64,000 nt of DNA, taken from the NCBI GenBank assembly GCA_049303575.1, contig JBAQNH010000002.1, positions 572,541-636,540 on the forward strand. The letters run 5' to 3'. Below the pieces are notes generated by a model. It saw only the letters and a program-made list of their open reading frames with translations. It made no database searches and was not told the DNA's origin. Origin of the DNA: Microgenomates group bacterium. Its GTDB lineage: Bacteria > Patescibacteriota > Microgenomatia > UBA1400 > MFAQ01. How positions within the stretch are numbered: position 1 is the stretch's first letter; every line of letters starts with the position of its first letter. Below, one piece after another: positions 18,320 through 27,380 of this stretch. The position numbers and the translations under genes are program-made.

Positions 18320-20146
18320 ATGTTAAATATCAGAAATATCGCGGTCATCGCTCACGTTGACCACGGCAAAACCACTTTAATCGACGCTTTCATTAAACAG
18401 TCTCACATTTTTCGTGATAACGAAGAAGAGATGACCGAAACCTGTCTTCTAGACAGTAATGTGTTGGAGCGGGAAAGAGGTATCACTATTCTTGCTAAAA
18501 ATATTTCCGTTAACTACAAAGGTACCAAGATCAACATCATCGATACTCCCGGTCACTCCGACTTTTCCGGTGAAGTTGAGCGTACTTTAGGCATGGCCGA
18601 TGGTGCTCTCCTTATTGTTGACGCCCAAGAAGGCCCCATGCCTCAAACTAGATTCGTTCTTAAAAAAGCTTTTCAGTTGAATCTCAAAGTTATTGTCGTC
18701 ATCAACAAGATTGACAAGCCCAATGCCAATATCTCCGCCACCGAACATAAAATTGGCAATCTTTTCCTTGAGTTGGCAACCAGAGACGATCAACTTGAGT
18801 ATCCTGTCCTTTATGCGGTCGGTAAAACAGGTAAGGTTTTCAAAACCATACCCGAAGACTTCAATCAGGAAGGTAATGTTATTCCCTTGCTCGATGAGGT
18901 TCTAAACTACATTCAGGCTCCCACCAATGACGAGACCGGTTCATTCAAGATGCTTTGTTCTTCTCTAAACTACGACAATCATCTCGGAAGAATCATGGTT
19001 GGCAAAATTTTCAGAGGAACCATAAAACCAGGACAAAAAGTTTTGTTACTGGGTGAAACTAATAAACCAGGAACCATCGAAAAAGTCTTTGTTTCCAAGG
19101 GTTTGGAAAGATGTGAAGTTCCGGAAGCCAGTGCCGGCGACATTGTTTCCCTTACCGGTCTTTCTGATGCCAAAATTGGTCAAACTATTTCCACAGTAGG
19201 GGACACAGAGTCTCTTCCTAGCGCTGAAATTACCGAACCAACCCTTCACGTCACCGTCGGACCAAATACTTCTCCCTTATGTGGACGAGAAGGTGAATTC
19301 ACTACCGCCAGACAAATAGAGGAAAGACTAGCACGGGAACTGGAAACAAATCTATCCTTAAAACTTGAAAAACTCGAAAGTGGTAAATACCAAGTCTCCG
19401 GAAAAGGTGAGCTTCATCTCGCCGTCCTACTTGAAACCCTAAGACGTGAGGGTTATGAAGTTGAAGTTGGCAAGCCGGAAGTTATTTACAAAACCATCGA
19501 CGGACAGAAATGCGAGCCTATGGAAGAAGTCAACATCGTCGCCCCCAAAGAATATCTCGGTACCATCACCCAAGAAATTGGCAAAAGACTGGGACAGCTT
19601 AAACACATGGATCCAATTAACGACCAGGAGGTTGAGTTTGTCTACATTATGCCTACTCGCACCATCCTTGGTTTAAGATCCCTTCTTCTTACCGCTACCA
19701 AGGGTACCGTCATCTTTAACTCTCAGTTTATCGACTTCGAACCAGTCGGTCCATTTCTCCCCAAAATGAGAAAAGGCGCCCTTATTGCCTCAGACTCAGG
19801 TGAAGCCCTTTCCTATGGCCTTCAAGCAGCTCAGGAACGTGGTGTCACCTTCGTCGAACCAGGTGAGAATATCTACGAAGGTCAGGTTGTTGGTATGAAC
19901 CAAAAAGAAGAAGATATAGAGATCAACGCAGCCAAAGGCAAACATCTTACCAATATGCGTTCCAAATCCAGTGATGGTGTCATTCAGCTCACTCCGGCCA
20001 TCAAATACTCTCTCGAACAATGTCTCGACTTCCTTGAGTCTGACGAATTACTGGAAATTACTCCCAAAAGTCTTCGTTTGCGCAAAAAATACTTAACCAG
20101 CATTGAACGACGTCGACACAGAGAAGAACTAAAGAATATTTACTAA
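18320..20146 (+). CDS. typA: Translational GTPase TypA/BipA
   Basis: AHVDHGKTTL (G1), IIDTPGHSDFSGEVER (G3), NKIDK (G4). EF-G-like domain layout at 608 aa. Confidence 0.9.
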   Translation: MLNIRNIAVIAHVDHGKTTLIDAFIKQSHIFRDNEEEMTETCLLDSNVLERERGITILAKNISVNYKGTKINIIDTPGHSDFSGEVERTLGMADGALLIVDAQEGPMPQTRFVLKKAFQLNLKVIVVINKIDKPNANISATEHKIGNLFLELATRDDQLEYPVLYAVGKTGKVFKTIPEDFNQEGNVIPLLDEVLNYIQAPTNDETGSFKMLCSSLNYDNHLGRIMVGKIFRGTIKPGQKVLLLGETNKPGTIEKVFVSKGLERCEVPEASAGDIVSLTGLSDAKIGQTISTVGDTESLPSAEITEPTLHVTVGPNTSPLCGREGEFTTARQIEERLARELETNLSLKLEKLESGKYQVSGKGELHLAVLLETLRREGYEVEVGKPEVIYKTIDGQKCEPMEEVNIVAPKEYLGTITQEIGKRLGQLKHMDPINDQEVEFVYIMPTRTILGLRSLLLTATKGTVIFNSQFIDFEPVGPFLPKMRKGALIASDSGEALSYGLQAAQERGVTFVEPGENIYEGQVVGMNQKEEDIEINAAKGKHLTNMRSKSSDGVIQLTPAIKYSLEQCLDFLESDELLEITPKSLRLRKKYLTSIERRRHREELKNIY

Positions 20147-20152
20147 AACAAA

Positions 20153-20177
20153 AACCCTCCTAAAAAGAGGGTTTTTT
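20153..20177 (+). terminator. Rho-independent terminator (CCCTC-ctaaaaa-GAGGG followed by T6) after typA
   Basis: Read directly from the sequence. Confidence 0.6.
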
Positions 20178-20178
20178 G

Positions 20179-20253
<75 letters not shown>

Positions 20254-20339
20254 TGGTGCCGAGAGAGGGGGTCGAACCCTCATGGGATTGCTCCCACAAG
20301 TTTTTAAGACTTGTGTGTATACCATTCCACCATCTCGGC
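20254..20339 (-). tRNA. tRNA-Leu (anticodon TAA), long variable arm, 3' CCA encoded
   Basis: Acceptor GCCGAGA/TCTCGGC, anticodon stem CAAGT/ACTTG with loop CTTAAAA, T-arm GAGGGTTCGACCCCCTC, then ACCA. The only tRNA here with an encoded CCA. Confidence 0.8.
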
Positions 20340-20511
20340 GCACACGTATATTTTAACTCAAAAAAATCTTGAGTGGCTAGAAGATGGGGTTTCGCCAGCC
20401 AGAAAATAGTTTAGTCTATCAACAAAAAAACCCGGTGATGATAGTCTCTCTAGCAAACCAAATAAAACACTATTTAGCTTGCGAGAGAACCCTTCAATTA
20501 CCTTACTAAGG

Positions 20512-20982
20512 TTAAACCTCCTTGTTTATTATGTGTACAAACTCGTTATTCTCCAGAATAATTTTAGGGAGAACAACAGGTTTAATATCTACACCTTCAA
20601 AATCATTTGGCTTTATTGCCACAAAACCCAAGTTATGTGAATTACCGGACTTTATCTCACTTAAATTCAAACTTATATCTATATCAACACGATAAACTAG
20701 TGCAAGTTCGTGATATTTTCCACCTCCCCCAGGTAGAACAAAAAAATTCTCAATTACAGCTACCAATTTTAAATCATTACATTTCAGTCCAATTTCCTCC
20801 ATCAGCTCTCTTTTTGCCGACTCAGAGGAGTCCTCATTAATACTTGCTTTTCCACCAACCGCAAATAAATATCCATCCCCAGATTTTTCAAAAATGTAAC
20901 CATCAGGTGTATTTAAAAGTACAACTACCCTATAATTAAAAACCGTATCTTCAACAACGAACTGTAAATCACCTTTTTGCAT
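20512..20982 (-). CDS. NUDIX hydrolase
   Basis: Nudix box GGKASINEDSSESAKRELMEEIGL (GX5EX7REUXEEXGU). Confidence 0.8.
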   Translation of the reverse strand: MQKGDLQFVVEDTVFNYRVVVLLNTPDGYIFEKSGDGYLFAVGGKASINEDSSESAKRELMEEIGLKCNDLKLVAVIENFFVLPGGGGKYHELALVYRVDIDISLNLSEIKSGNSHNLGFVAIKPNDFEGVDIKPVVLPKIILENNEFVHIINKEV

Positions 20983-21066
20983 GGTAATTGTAAGTATAAA
21001 ACAATCTAAATAAGAAAAGTGAACTAGATGATAAGTGTCAAAAGATGACAGAGTAAAGCATTAGTG

Positions 21067-21138
21067 AGCGGGTGAGGGGAGTCGGACCCCTTTTATCAGG
21101 TTGGAAACCTGGAGTAATAACCGTTATACGACACCCGC
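21067..21138 (-). tRNA. tRNA-like element resembling tRNA-Gly (anticodon TCC) with a non-canonical T-loop. Possible pseudo-tRNA or island attachment remnant
   Basis: Reverse complement has a perfect 7-bp acceptor GCGGGTG/CACCCGC, a D-loop with GG, an anticodon loop TTTCCAA (U33, A37), and T-stem AGGGG/CCCCT. The T-loop is TCCGACT (C instead of T at position 55), and there is one mismatch each in the D- and anticodon stems. Confidence 0.45.
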
Positions 21139-21169
21139 ATAACCCCTAAATTATATCAAACTTTCACGA

Positions 21170-21844
21170 TTATCCAGCTACAGCATCAACCCACCCAAGT
21201 ATACGTCTATGGAGTGATACTCCAAATTTTGTGTCACCATTTGCCAAAACACGCAATTGTACTGTACCGTGTGGCAATTTGTGTTTACTATGTTTCTCTT
21301 TTCTAATATCAATCTGTGTTTTTCCAAATTGTTTTATTGGAATTCCGGAAACACTTGACCAATATTCCATATCTTTGTCAATGTTGTTATCAGGATACGA
21401 GTGTAAAGCTAAAGACAGATTGTTCATGGTCAAACCAATTACCTCGACAAACCATTTGACTGCAATCTTAATTACTCTCGGATCAGAATTAGTAATTCTC
21501 ACAGACTCAATCATTTTTGTACCCTCACCTAGGTACAATCCTATTCCAAATAGCCACAAGTCTCTCGAAGAGATAACACCAATTTCCTTAATTGCAGATT
21601 TATGAATCTCTTTTATACTATCCAACTTTTTTTGATGCCTATTACTAGCGGACAAATTAGTTCCATTGGCGATTCGTTCTAAAGTAATCTTGTTAGGAGT
21701 GAAGGGAATCATTTTCAACCAATCGCTTAGTGTACTTCTTGGTAATTCAAGATCCTTGTGAATGTAAGAATAGGAAAATCCCTCTTTTCTCAATGCTATC
21801 GCTTTTTCTCTAAGAATTTTTCTATCCTGGACAGCCATATACAT
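21170..21844 (-). CDS. HTH-domain protein with a LAGLIDADG-like motif (possible free-standing homing-endonuclease-like or DNA-binding protein)
   Basis: N-terminal HTH-like segment (RKILREKAIALRKEGFSYSYIHKDLELPRSTLSDWL). Central WLFGIGLYLGEGTK resembles a LAGLIDADG-type motif. Family call is tentative. Confidence 0.4.
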   Translation of the reverse strand: MYMAVQDRKILREKAIALRKEGFSYSYIHKDLELPRSTLSDWLKMIPFTPNKITLERIANGTNLSASNRHQKKLDSIKEIHKSAIKEIGVISSRDLWLFGIGLYLGEGTKMIESVRITNSDPRVIKIAVKWFVEVIGLTMNNLSLALHSYPDNNIDKDMEYWSSVSGIPIKQFGKTQIDIRKEKHSKHKLPHGTVQLRVLANGDTKFGVSLHRRILGWVDAVAG

Positions 21845-22092
21845 CTAAGTATACCAAATAACGTGTACGTAATAGAGAATTACAACAATTATTAAAAACC
21901 TCCAGTTGTCGAGAGGAAGCGAACAATTACGAACCTCTCATGGAAGCTATTTTATCATGCTGGAAACCGGTTAATTTAGACTTCAAAAAAATACTCCTCA
22001 CAAAGGACAATATGACTACAGGCACTAATGAGGGTGGATTCTCTTATCTATATTGATTAGGGTGGTCATTCTTGAACCATTTAGAAAGTGGT

Positions 22093-22653
22093 CTACAGCC
22101 ATCTAGCCACTCCTCCATGATGCGAACAAGTACCTCTTCGACTCTGACTAAACGAATATGTCCCATCACCACACTTCGCTGATGCTCCCACAGGCACACC
22201 TCCGTCATTCGTATAGCTCGGTGACTGTACGGTCTGTCCAGCGGTGTTTACGTAAGTCTTATCATTTACAGTGACACTTTCTTTTGTCGGCGTTGGTGTC
22301 TTAGTGGGGGTTGGAGTAAGCGAGGGCGTAGTTGTACTTGTGGGTTCGAGGGTAATTGCAGATGTGGGTGACGTTGGTGAGATATTCAAACTACCCGACC
22401 CAACAGAATATTCTTCAGAAACAGGAGTGATCGTCGGAGAAATATTGGTAACCGAAGTTCCTTTGACATCTTTACCAGTCTCAGGAGCCGTAACTCCAAT
22501 CAACACGAACAAGGCGACTATAATTCCAATCATTACTAGTCCAAACTTCTTTCTACTTACACCGTCCTTCCTGACAATCCAAACAGGTTTAATCAGCCCT
22601 ATAGGTAGAGCAATTAAACTCAAGAAAAACAATAATCCAAATACAATAGCCAC
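22093..22653 (-). CDS. Membrane-anchored protein with Pro/Thr-rich linker and C-terminal DUF3761 domain
   Basis: N-terminal TM helices, PT-rich low-complexity region, C-terminal CGDGTYSFSQSRRGTCSHHGGV (DUF3761 signature). Confidence 0.6.
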   Translation of the reverse strand: MAIVFGLLFFLSLIALPIGLIKPVWIVRKDGVSRKKFGLVMIGIIVALFVLIGVTAPETGKDVKGTSVTNISPTITPVSEEYSVGSGSLNISPTSPTSAITLEPTSTTTPSLTPTPTKTPTPTKESVTVNDKTYVNTAGQTVQSPSYTNDGGVPVGASAKCGDGTYSFSQSRRGTCSHHGGVARWL

Positions 22654-22721
22654 AATGTCCCGTATTATAGACCAAACCGGTCCGTGGATTCAGCTCATTA
22701 CATTTCCACTTGAAAATAAAG

Positions 22722-23351
22722 CTAATGATTGGTTGTCTCCACAACCGGTCTTTGTCTCTTCTTCCCCGATAACTTTTTTACCAATACTCCTTTAGAAATA
22801 TCGAAATCTTTCATAACATCTCTTAAGGAGATTATAAGCGTACCCAGTTGTTCAATAGATTCAAAAGCAATTTCTTCAACAGGCCTTCCCCAATTTCCGC
22901 GTTTGGGATGCACCCACTGGTTCCCAAGATCGTATAAGTCGTTAAAAAGTTTTGCGCTGTTTTTATCAATAATCTTGTAACCCTTTTTATGGTTATAAAG
23001 AAAATCATTTACGATTTTTCTGAAATCTAAACTTTCGGCAAGCTGCTCAATGATCAATCTGTCCCCATCAATCTCCACCTCTTCATAAAAAATTTCACTT
23101 GCTAAATATTCAGCGATAGATCGACAAACCATAATCGTGGAAGCGAAGTAACCTAGAGAAAAAAGATCCTTTGCTTGATCAAAAAGGTTTACACTTGGAG
23201 TGTCGTACAAAATACCCCCAACCTTAATCCTTTTTATTCTTTTTCCAATTAAAGAAAGGTTTGGTTCGAATTTAGCCAATAAATTACTTGCCACAACATC
23301 GTCAGGTTCACTATTAGCAAACTGTGTATCTAAAGCCAAAAAGACATCCAT
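22722..23351 (-). CDS. Hypothetical protein (209 aa) immediately upstream of, and co-oriented with, the KAP NTPase
   Basis: 62-nt gap to the KAP gene on the same strand. No recognisable domain. Confidence 0.5.
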   Translation of the reverse strand: MDVFLALDTQFANSEPDDVVASNLLAKFEPNLSLIGKRIKRIKVGGILYDTPSVNLFDQAKDLFSLGYFASTIMVCRSIAEYLASEIFYEEVEIDGDRLIIEQLAESLDFRKIVNDFLYNHKKGYKIIDKNSAKLFNDLYDLGNQWVHPKRGNWGRPVEEIAFESIEQLGTLIISLRDVMKDFDISKGVLVKKLSGKKRQRPVVETTNH

Positions 23352-23412
23352 AAGGTATTTTATCCTACCGATGTGTTTACATTAGATATAAAAAATAACA
23401 CGCCTTTTGACA

Positions 23413-26019
23413 TTAAGAGGTTAAAGGAACATCCGTAGTTGAAATTTCCCATGAGGCAAAAATTAAATCTTTCTGCTCATCCAATTCAGGTTTTTTGAGA
23501 TCACTTACATTTTCCAGAAGGATTTTTCCATCCTCAATACTAAAATCTCTCCATAAATCATTTTCTTTGACTAAGAGGGAACTCGCTGCGATTCTCTTCA
23601 CGATGCTAATATTCTTATTAAGAAAAATTTCCACAAGCTTCTTAAACAATTCCATTTTCCCTCCTTTGTTCAAAAATGTTTTTACAGTCTCAGAAGTGAT
23701 TTGGTCAAAATTATCTTCATTGTCCAAAGAGTTATTTAAAAGGGATTTAAGTTTCTCGTTATCACCTTCTTCCATACTCAGATTACTTCTCTGAGAAATT
23801 ATATTTACAATTTCCGAAATACTCAGATTTGCTTCAAAAAGACTTGTCTTGCATGGCCCAAATAAACCATAATCTTCTAAAAACGACTTGTTTTGTGAAA
23901 CCCAATCAATATCCCTTTTTATCTTTACAAGACTAGGTATAGAGTCTAGGTATAGTCTAGCTAGGTTACCATCTCTCAAACCTTTATCATTCAACTGAGA
24001 AATATCCGATTTGTATTCCTCTAAAGCTTCAATTCCTTTTATACTTTGCTTAATAACATCGTTATTTCCATTTATACTTAGACAATTTTCCAAAGCAACT
24101 AAATCACGCGGTGTTTCAGAAAAAGCAATCGTTGCAATGTCCTGCAAACTATCTTTAATATCTATTTTAATATTGTCAGGAAGTTGCTTTATCATCTCCC
24201 ACAGATGCTCTCTATAGGTAGGTTCGTTACGGTAAAAATCAGATAAACCTTCTCTACTTTTTGCAAATAACGAATTCACGTATTGCTGTCTAGATAATAA
24301 CCTAAACTCGTCAGGAAACATGCCGACAATATCTAATTTAGATTTCCAATCTCCCAATCTCTCTGACCATTCTTGAGACTCTGCAGCTAATTTTAGACTC
24401 TCCAAAATAATATTTTGTCGCTCGTTTGGATCCTCAGTATTATCAAATTCTTTTAGTGCGGTATCAGCATATTCTTTATTTTTGTCAGGAGTTATTCCTC
24501 CTTTTGTCATCGTCTCTCCAAGTTTGTTAACTAGTTGACCTTGTTTAAGGTATTCTAAAAATTTAGAGGGGTCCGGTCCTAAAGAGCTGGGAAGACCAGT
24601 AGCGGCAGAAAAATAAAAATAATTAGCTGGTTCGTATATCGTAGTTCCTTCATCGTTTGTAAACTTAGGAGATTGCTTTAATAAATTTGCATATTTGACC
24701 ATTGCATTATCTTCACCAAGTAGTTTTATAACACTAATACCTATGGCTAAATCATCCCTCTTTGGATCCATTCTTAACATTTTTTCATGACCTACAATAG
24801 CCTCTGGATGTAAAACCAATTTTTCATACACGGGGAAAAAGAATTCTTCGATAGTCAATATCTTTGCAATAAGGTCAATGTGAAGTAGCATGGAGGAAAG
24901 TTCTTTTGCTACATTTTCCTCTTGGTCTAGAATCAATGTATTTTTCTGAGTGATAAGACTTTCTACATTAAAACGAACCTTGTCTATAAATCGAATTACA
25001 TTCCTTGGGTTTCTGGCAAATAAGTCATCGTTCATAAGTAGAAGCTTAAAATTTTCTTTAACTTCGTCTGAAGCAAAAACCAGTTTTGATTTTTTTAATT
25101 CGTCATCAACAAACGATCCGAATTGATTAGAAGTTGGATACGGCATTCTCCAATAAACATTAAAAAGTTTTTTTATATACTCACGGCCTTTTTCAAGTTT
25201 TTGTTCTGGAGACATTGTTTCAAGAAGCTGTAGATCTACAACTGCGGCTTTTTCCACAACAGTATGATCGGCCGTAACAACAAATGAACATTCTGGGTGC
25301 TGAAAAAACGTACGAAATGCGTCCATGACTATCTTAATGGTAGATGGAGTACATCTATCAAGATCGTCAATGAAAACAACAATTTTTCTCTTTCCCTTTA
25401 GTAGCATATAAAATCTATCTTCAAATTCTTCTGAAGTTGTAACCTTCGCATAGCTTTTTGTCGTTGTAATTTGCTTTAGCAGAGCAGGAATTACAAATAA
25501 AGTTATTATCCACAAAGAAAGTGCTGATAGAAACGGAATAGCAAAAAGTTTAGATATAAGTTCAAAAAGTAAATTTGGTATTCCCAAACCCAAAAAAACA
25601 GCAAAAGCAACCACAAACGTTGTAAAAATAATAAGCCAAGGAATTCTCTTAAGCAACTTCACCAAAGTATCTACAAGTTCACGCCACTCAACATTCGTCT
25701 TCGAAGTATCATAATACAGGTCATCCAGATCAACCTTTGACTGTACAGATTTTTTAACTTCCTTTAAAAACGCTTTTTTAATACTTACTTCGTCTTGAGA
25801 GTATTTCCAAGGATTGAATTTAATTATCGTAAATCCATTATCGGATAAGGGAGTTTCAATTCTGTTTAAAACGTCAGTTTTACCCTCTCCCCACCTACCA
25901 GAAATTGCAAAAACCATATTATCTCTTTCCACCTTCGTTTTTTTCGATTCCTTAGAATAGTGTTTAGCAATCTCTTCCGCTATTTTATTAGCATATAGTT
26001 GGTGATTTAGCCTATCCAT
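23413..26019 (-). CDS. KAP-family P-loop NTPase with transmembrane insert
   Basis: Walker A FAISGRWGEGKTDVL. Hydrophobic helices (IPWLIIFTTFVVAFAVFLGLGIP..., FLSALSLWIITLFVIPALL) are inserted between Walker A and Walker B (KIVVFIDDLDRC). This is the defining KAP architecture. Long alpha-helical C-terminal region. Confidence 0.85.
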   Translation of the reverse strand: MDRLNHQLYANKIAEEIAKHYSKESKKTKVERDNMVFAISGRWGEGKTDVLNRIETPLSDNGFTIIKFNPWKYSQDEVSIKKAFLKEVKKSVQSKVDLDDLYYDTSKTNVEWRELVDTLVKLLKRIPWLIIFTTFVVAFAVFLGLGIPNLLFELISKLFAIPFLSALSLWIITLFVIPALLKQITTTKSYAKVTTSEEFEDRFYMLLKGKRKIVVFIDDLDRCTPSTIKIVMDAFRTFFQHPECSFVVTADHTVVEKAAVVDLQLLETMSPEQKLEKGREYIKKLFNVYWRMPYPTSNQFGSFVDDELKKSKLVFASDEVKENFKLLLMNDDLFARNPRNVIRFIDKVRFNVESLITQKNTLILDQEENVAKELSSMLLHIDLIAKILTIEEFFFPVYEKLVLHPEAIVGHEKMLRMDPKRDDLAIGISVIKLLGEDNAMVKYANLLKQSPKFTNDEGTTIYEPANYFYFSAATGLPSSLGPDPSKFLEYLKQGQLVNKLGETMTKGGITPDKNKEYADTALKEFDNTEDPNERQNIILESLKLAAESQEWSERLGDWKSKLDIVGMFPDEFRLLSRQQYVNSLFAKSREGLSDFYRNEPTYREHLWEMIKQLPDNIKIDIKDSLQDIATIAFSETPRDLVALENCLSINGNNDVIKQSIKGIEALEEYKSDISQLNDKGLRDGNLARLYLDSIPSLVKIKRDIDWVSQNKSFLEDYGLFGPCKTSLFEANLSISEIVNIISQRSNLSMEEGDNEKLKSLLNNSLDNEDNFDQITSETVKTFLNKGGKMELFKKLVEIFLNKNISIVKRIAASSLLVKENDLWRDFSIEDGKILLENVSDLKKPELDEQKDLIFASWEISTTDVPLTS

Positions 26020-26149
26020 TATGAAGATATGATAACCCCAATTTATATAACATCAACACCTTAATCATTTTTCTTACAGTTTTATGCTCAAAACAGTCAA
26101 GCTAATACAAATGTTAAACTTAATAATCTCCAAACAATAAAGTAGCCGC

Positions 26150-26572
26150 ATGACAGTCAATATAATTACAAAATATAAATCTCCAAAATTCCAATTATGG
26201 TGCAAGTATTTCTTTGACAAGAGCAATAGAACTACATACGGTAACGCCGCACAATCCACCTTAAAAGCCTACAACACCACAAACTACCATAGCGCAAGCC
26301 AAATAGGATACGAGAACTTGAGAAAACTTGATTTCCTGAAGCCAGCAATAGCAGAAAGTGAAGGGTTTGGGATTGCTGAGTTTATCAAAGTAGCCATAGC
26401 TAAAGCTCTCAAAGGAAGTTACGCTGATTGGGAAAAACTAGGTATCCAACTTGGTTACTTTGAACCGGAGAAAAAGATACCTACCGTTGCGGTCCAAAAT
26501 AATTTTGACATGTCCACACTAAGGGAAACAGTAAGAAAGGCGAGAATTGATAGGGGATTGTCCGTGGTCTAA
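26150..26572 (+). CDS. Phage terminase small subunit-like protein (Terminase_2-type HTH); no large subunit adjacent
   Basis: KFQLWCKYFFDKSNRTTYGNAAQSTLKAYNTTNYHSASQIGYENLRKLDFLKPAIAE matches the conserved TerS N-terminal pattern (F..EY....NATQAAI.AGYS...A...G..LL....V..AI). Confidence 0.5.
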   Translation: MTVNIITKYKSPKFQLWCKYFFDKSNRTTYGNAAQSTLKAYNTTNYHSASQIGYENLRKLDFLKPAIAESEGFGIAEFIKVAIAKALKGSYADWEKLGIQLGYFEPEKKIPTVAVQNNFDMSTLRETVRKARIDRGLSVV

Positions 26573-26581
26573 TTTGACTCT

Positions 26582-27202
26582 CTACTTCGATAATTTACGC
26601 CTTTCAGTCAACCACAAGACAATATAGACACAAACCGAAATGAAAAACATAACGAGGACAACAGAACGATATTTGTGAAAAAGAAGTAGCATCAAAAAGA
26701 AGAGTGCCTTCTTAGGCATAGCCTGAGACTGTGTACTGCCCCTAAAAAAGCTCGTCATCGAATCGTAGAGGAATGTATCAACAAGCAACATACCGGCCAG
26801 AAATAGACAAGCGTACCCTAACCATTCTTTGTTAGTAGTTTCTTTCTTTAATTCCCGATTTGTTTTAATCACACTTATCGACTCGAATTTATTTTGTACG
26901 TATCCTTTTATCTTCTGGTAATTAAGAATGCACCAGAGGAATGAAATAATATACAACCAGACGCCAGATTCCGTCATCACATTTTCACTTTGTTGTTTAA
27001 GGAAATTGAAAACGGATTTGATGCCTATTGAAGCTGTGCTATACAAAGCACTCGAAGAAGACGCCAGGTTCACCAGAAACGCTGATAACCAGATCACGAA
27101 TAATACTTTAATCGCTAGAGTAAGTTTCAATTTTTTTATTGCGACTATCAAACATTGAAGATTATTTGTCATATTTGTTTCGGTGATTGAAAAAATATAC
27201 AA
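26582..27202 (-). CDS. Hypothetical multi-pass membrane protein
   Basis: Several hydrophobic segments. Co-oriented with the CAP-domain gene. Confidence 0.45.
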   Translation of the reverse strand: MYIFSITETNMTNNLQCLIVAIKKLKLTLAIKVLFVIWLSAFLVNLASSSSALYSTASIGIKSVFNFLKQQSENVMTESGVWLYIISFLWCILNYQKIKGYVQNKFESISVIKTNRELKKETTNKEWLGYACLFLAGMLLVDTFLYDSMTSFFRGSTQSQAMPKKALFFLMLLLFHKYRSVVLVMFFISVCVYIVLWLTERRKLSK

Positions 27203-27380
27203 AAGAAATCACTACACAGACAACAATCCACCTCGGAAGTAAACCATCCCAATTTTCATATTCAGGAGCAAGTATAGAGAGTATCAACATCGGAACCTGG
27301 ATACCAATAATACCCAGACCAACCCCAACTCCAATGGATTTGGGGAGTATGTGAATCAATCTAGAGATTATGTTTTTCAT
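27162..27380 (-). CDS. Small hypothetical membrane protein (72 aa)
   Basis: Two hydrophobic helices. Overlaps both neighbours by short stretches in an operon-like arrangement. Confidence 0.35.
   Translation of the reverse strand: MKNIISRLIHILPKSIGVGVGLGIIGIQVPMLILSILAPEYENWDGLLPRWIVVCVVISFVYFFNHRNKYDK

Noticed and set aside
20980-21066. Possible small RNA or promoter between the Nudix gene and the tRNA-like element
   Set aside because: It is only AT-rich sequence, with no convincing hairpins or conserved motifs. It is better explained as an intergenic spacer.
22271-22795. 174-aa + strand ORF with GVGV/VLVG repeats, and an apparent nucleotide repeat region near 22290-22400
   Set aside because: It is antisense to the Pro/Thr-rich linker of the DUF3761 protein. 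The periodicity comes from the TPTPTKTPTPTK low-complexity coding sequence, not from a CRISPR or other repeat array.
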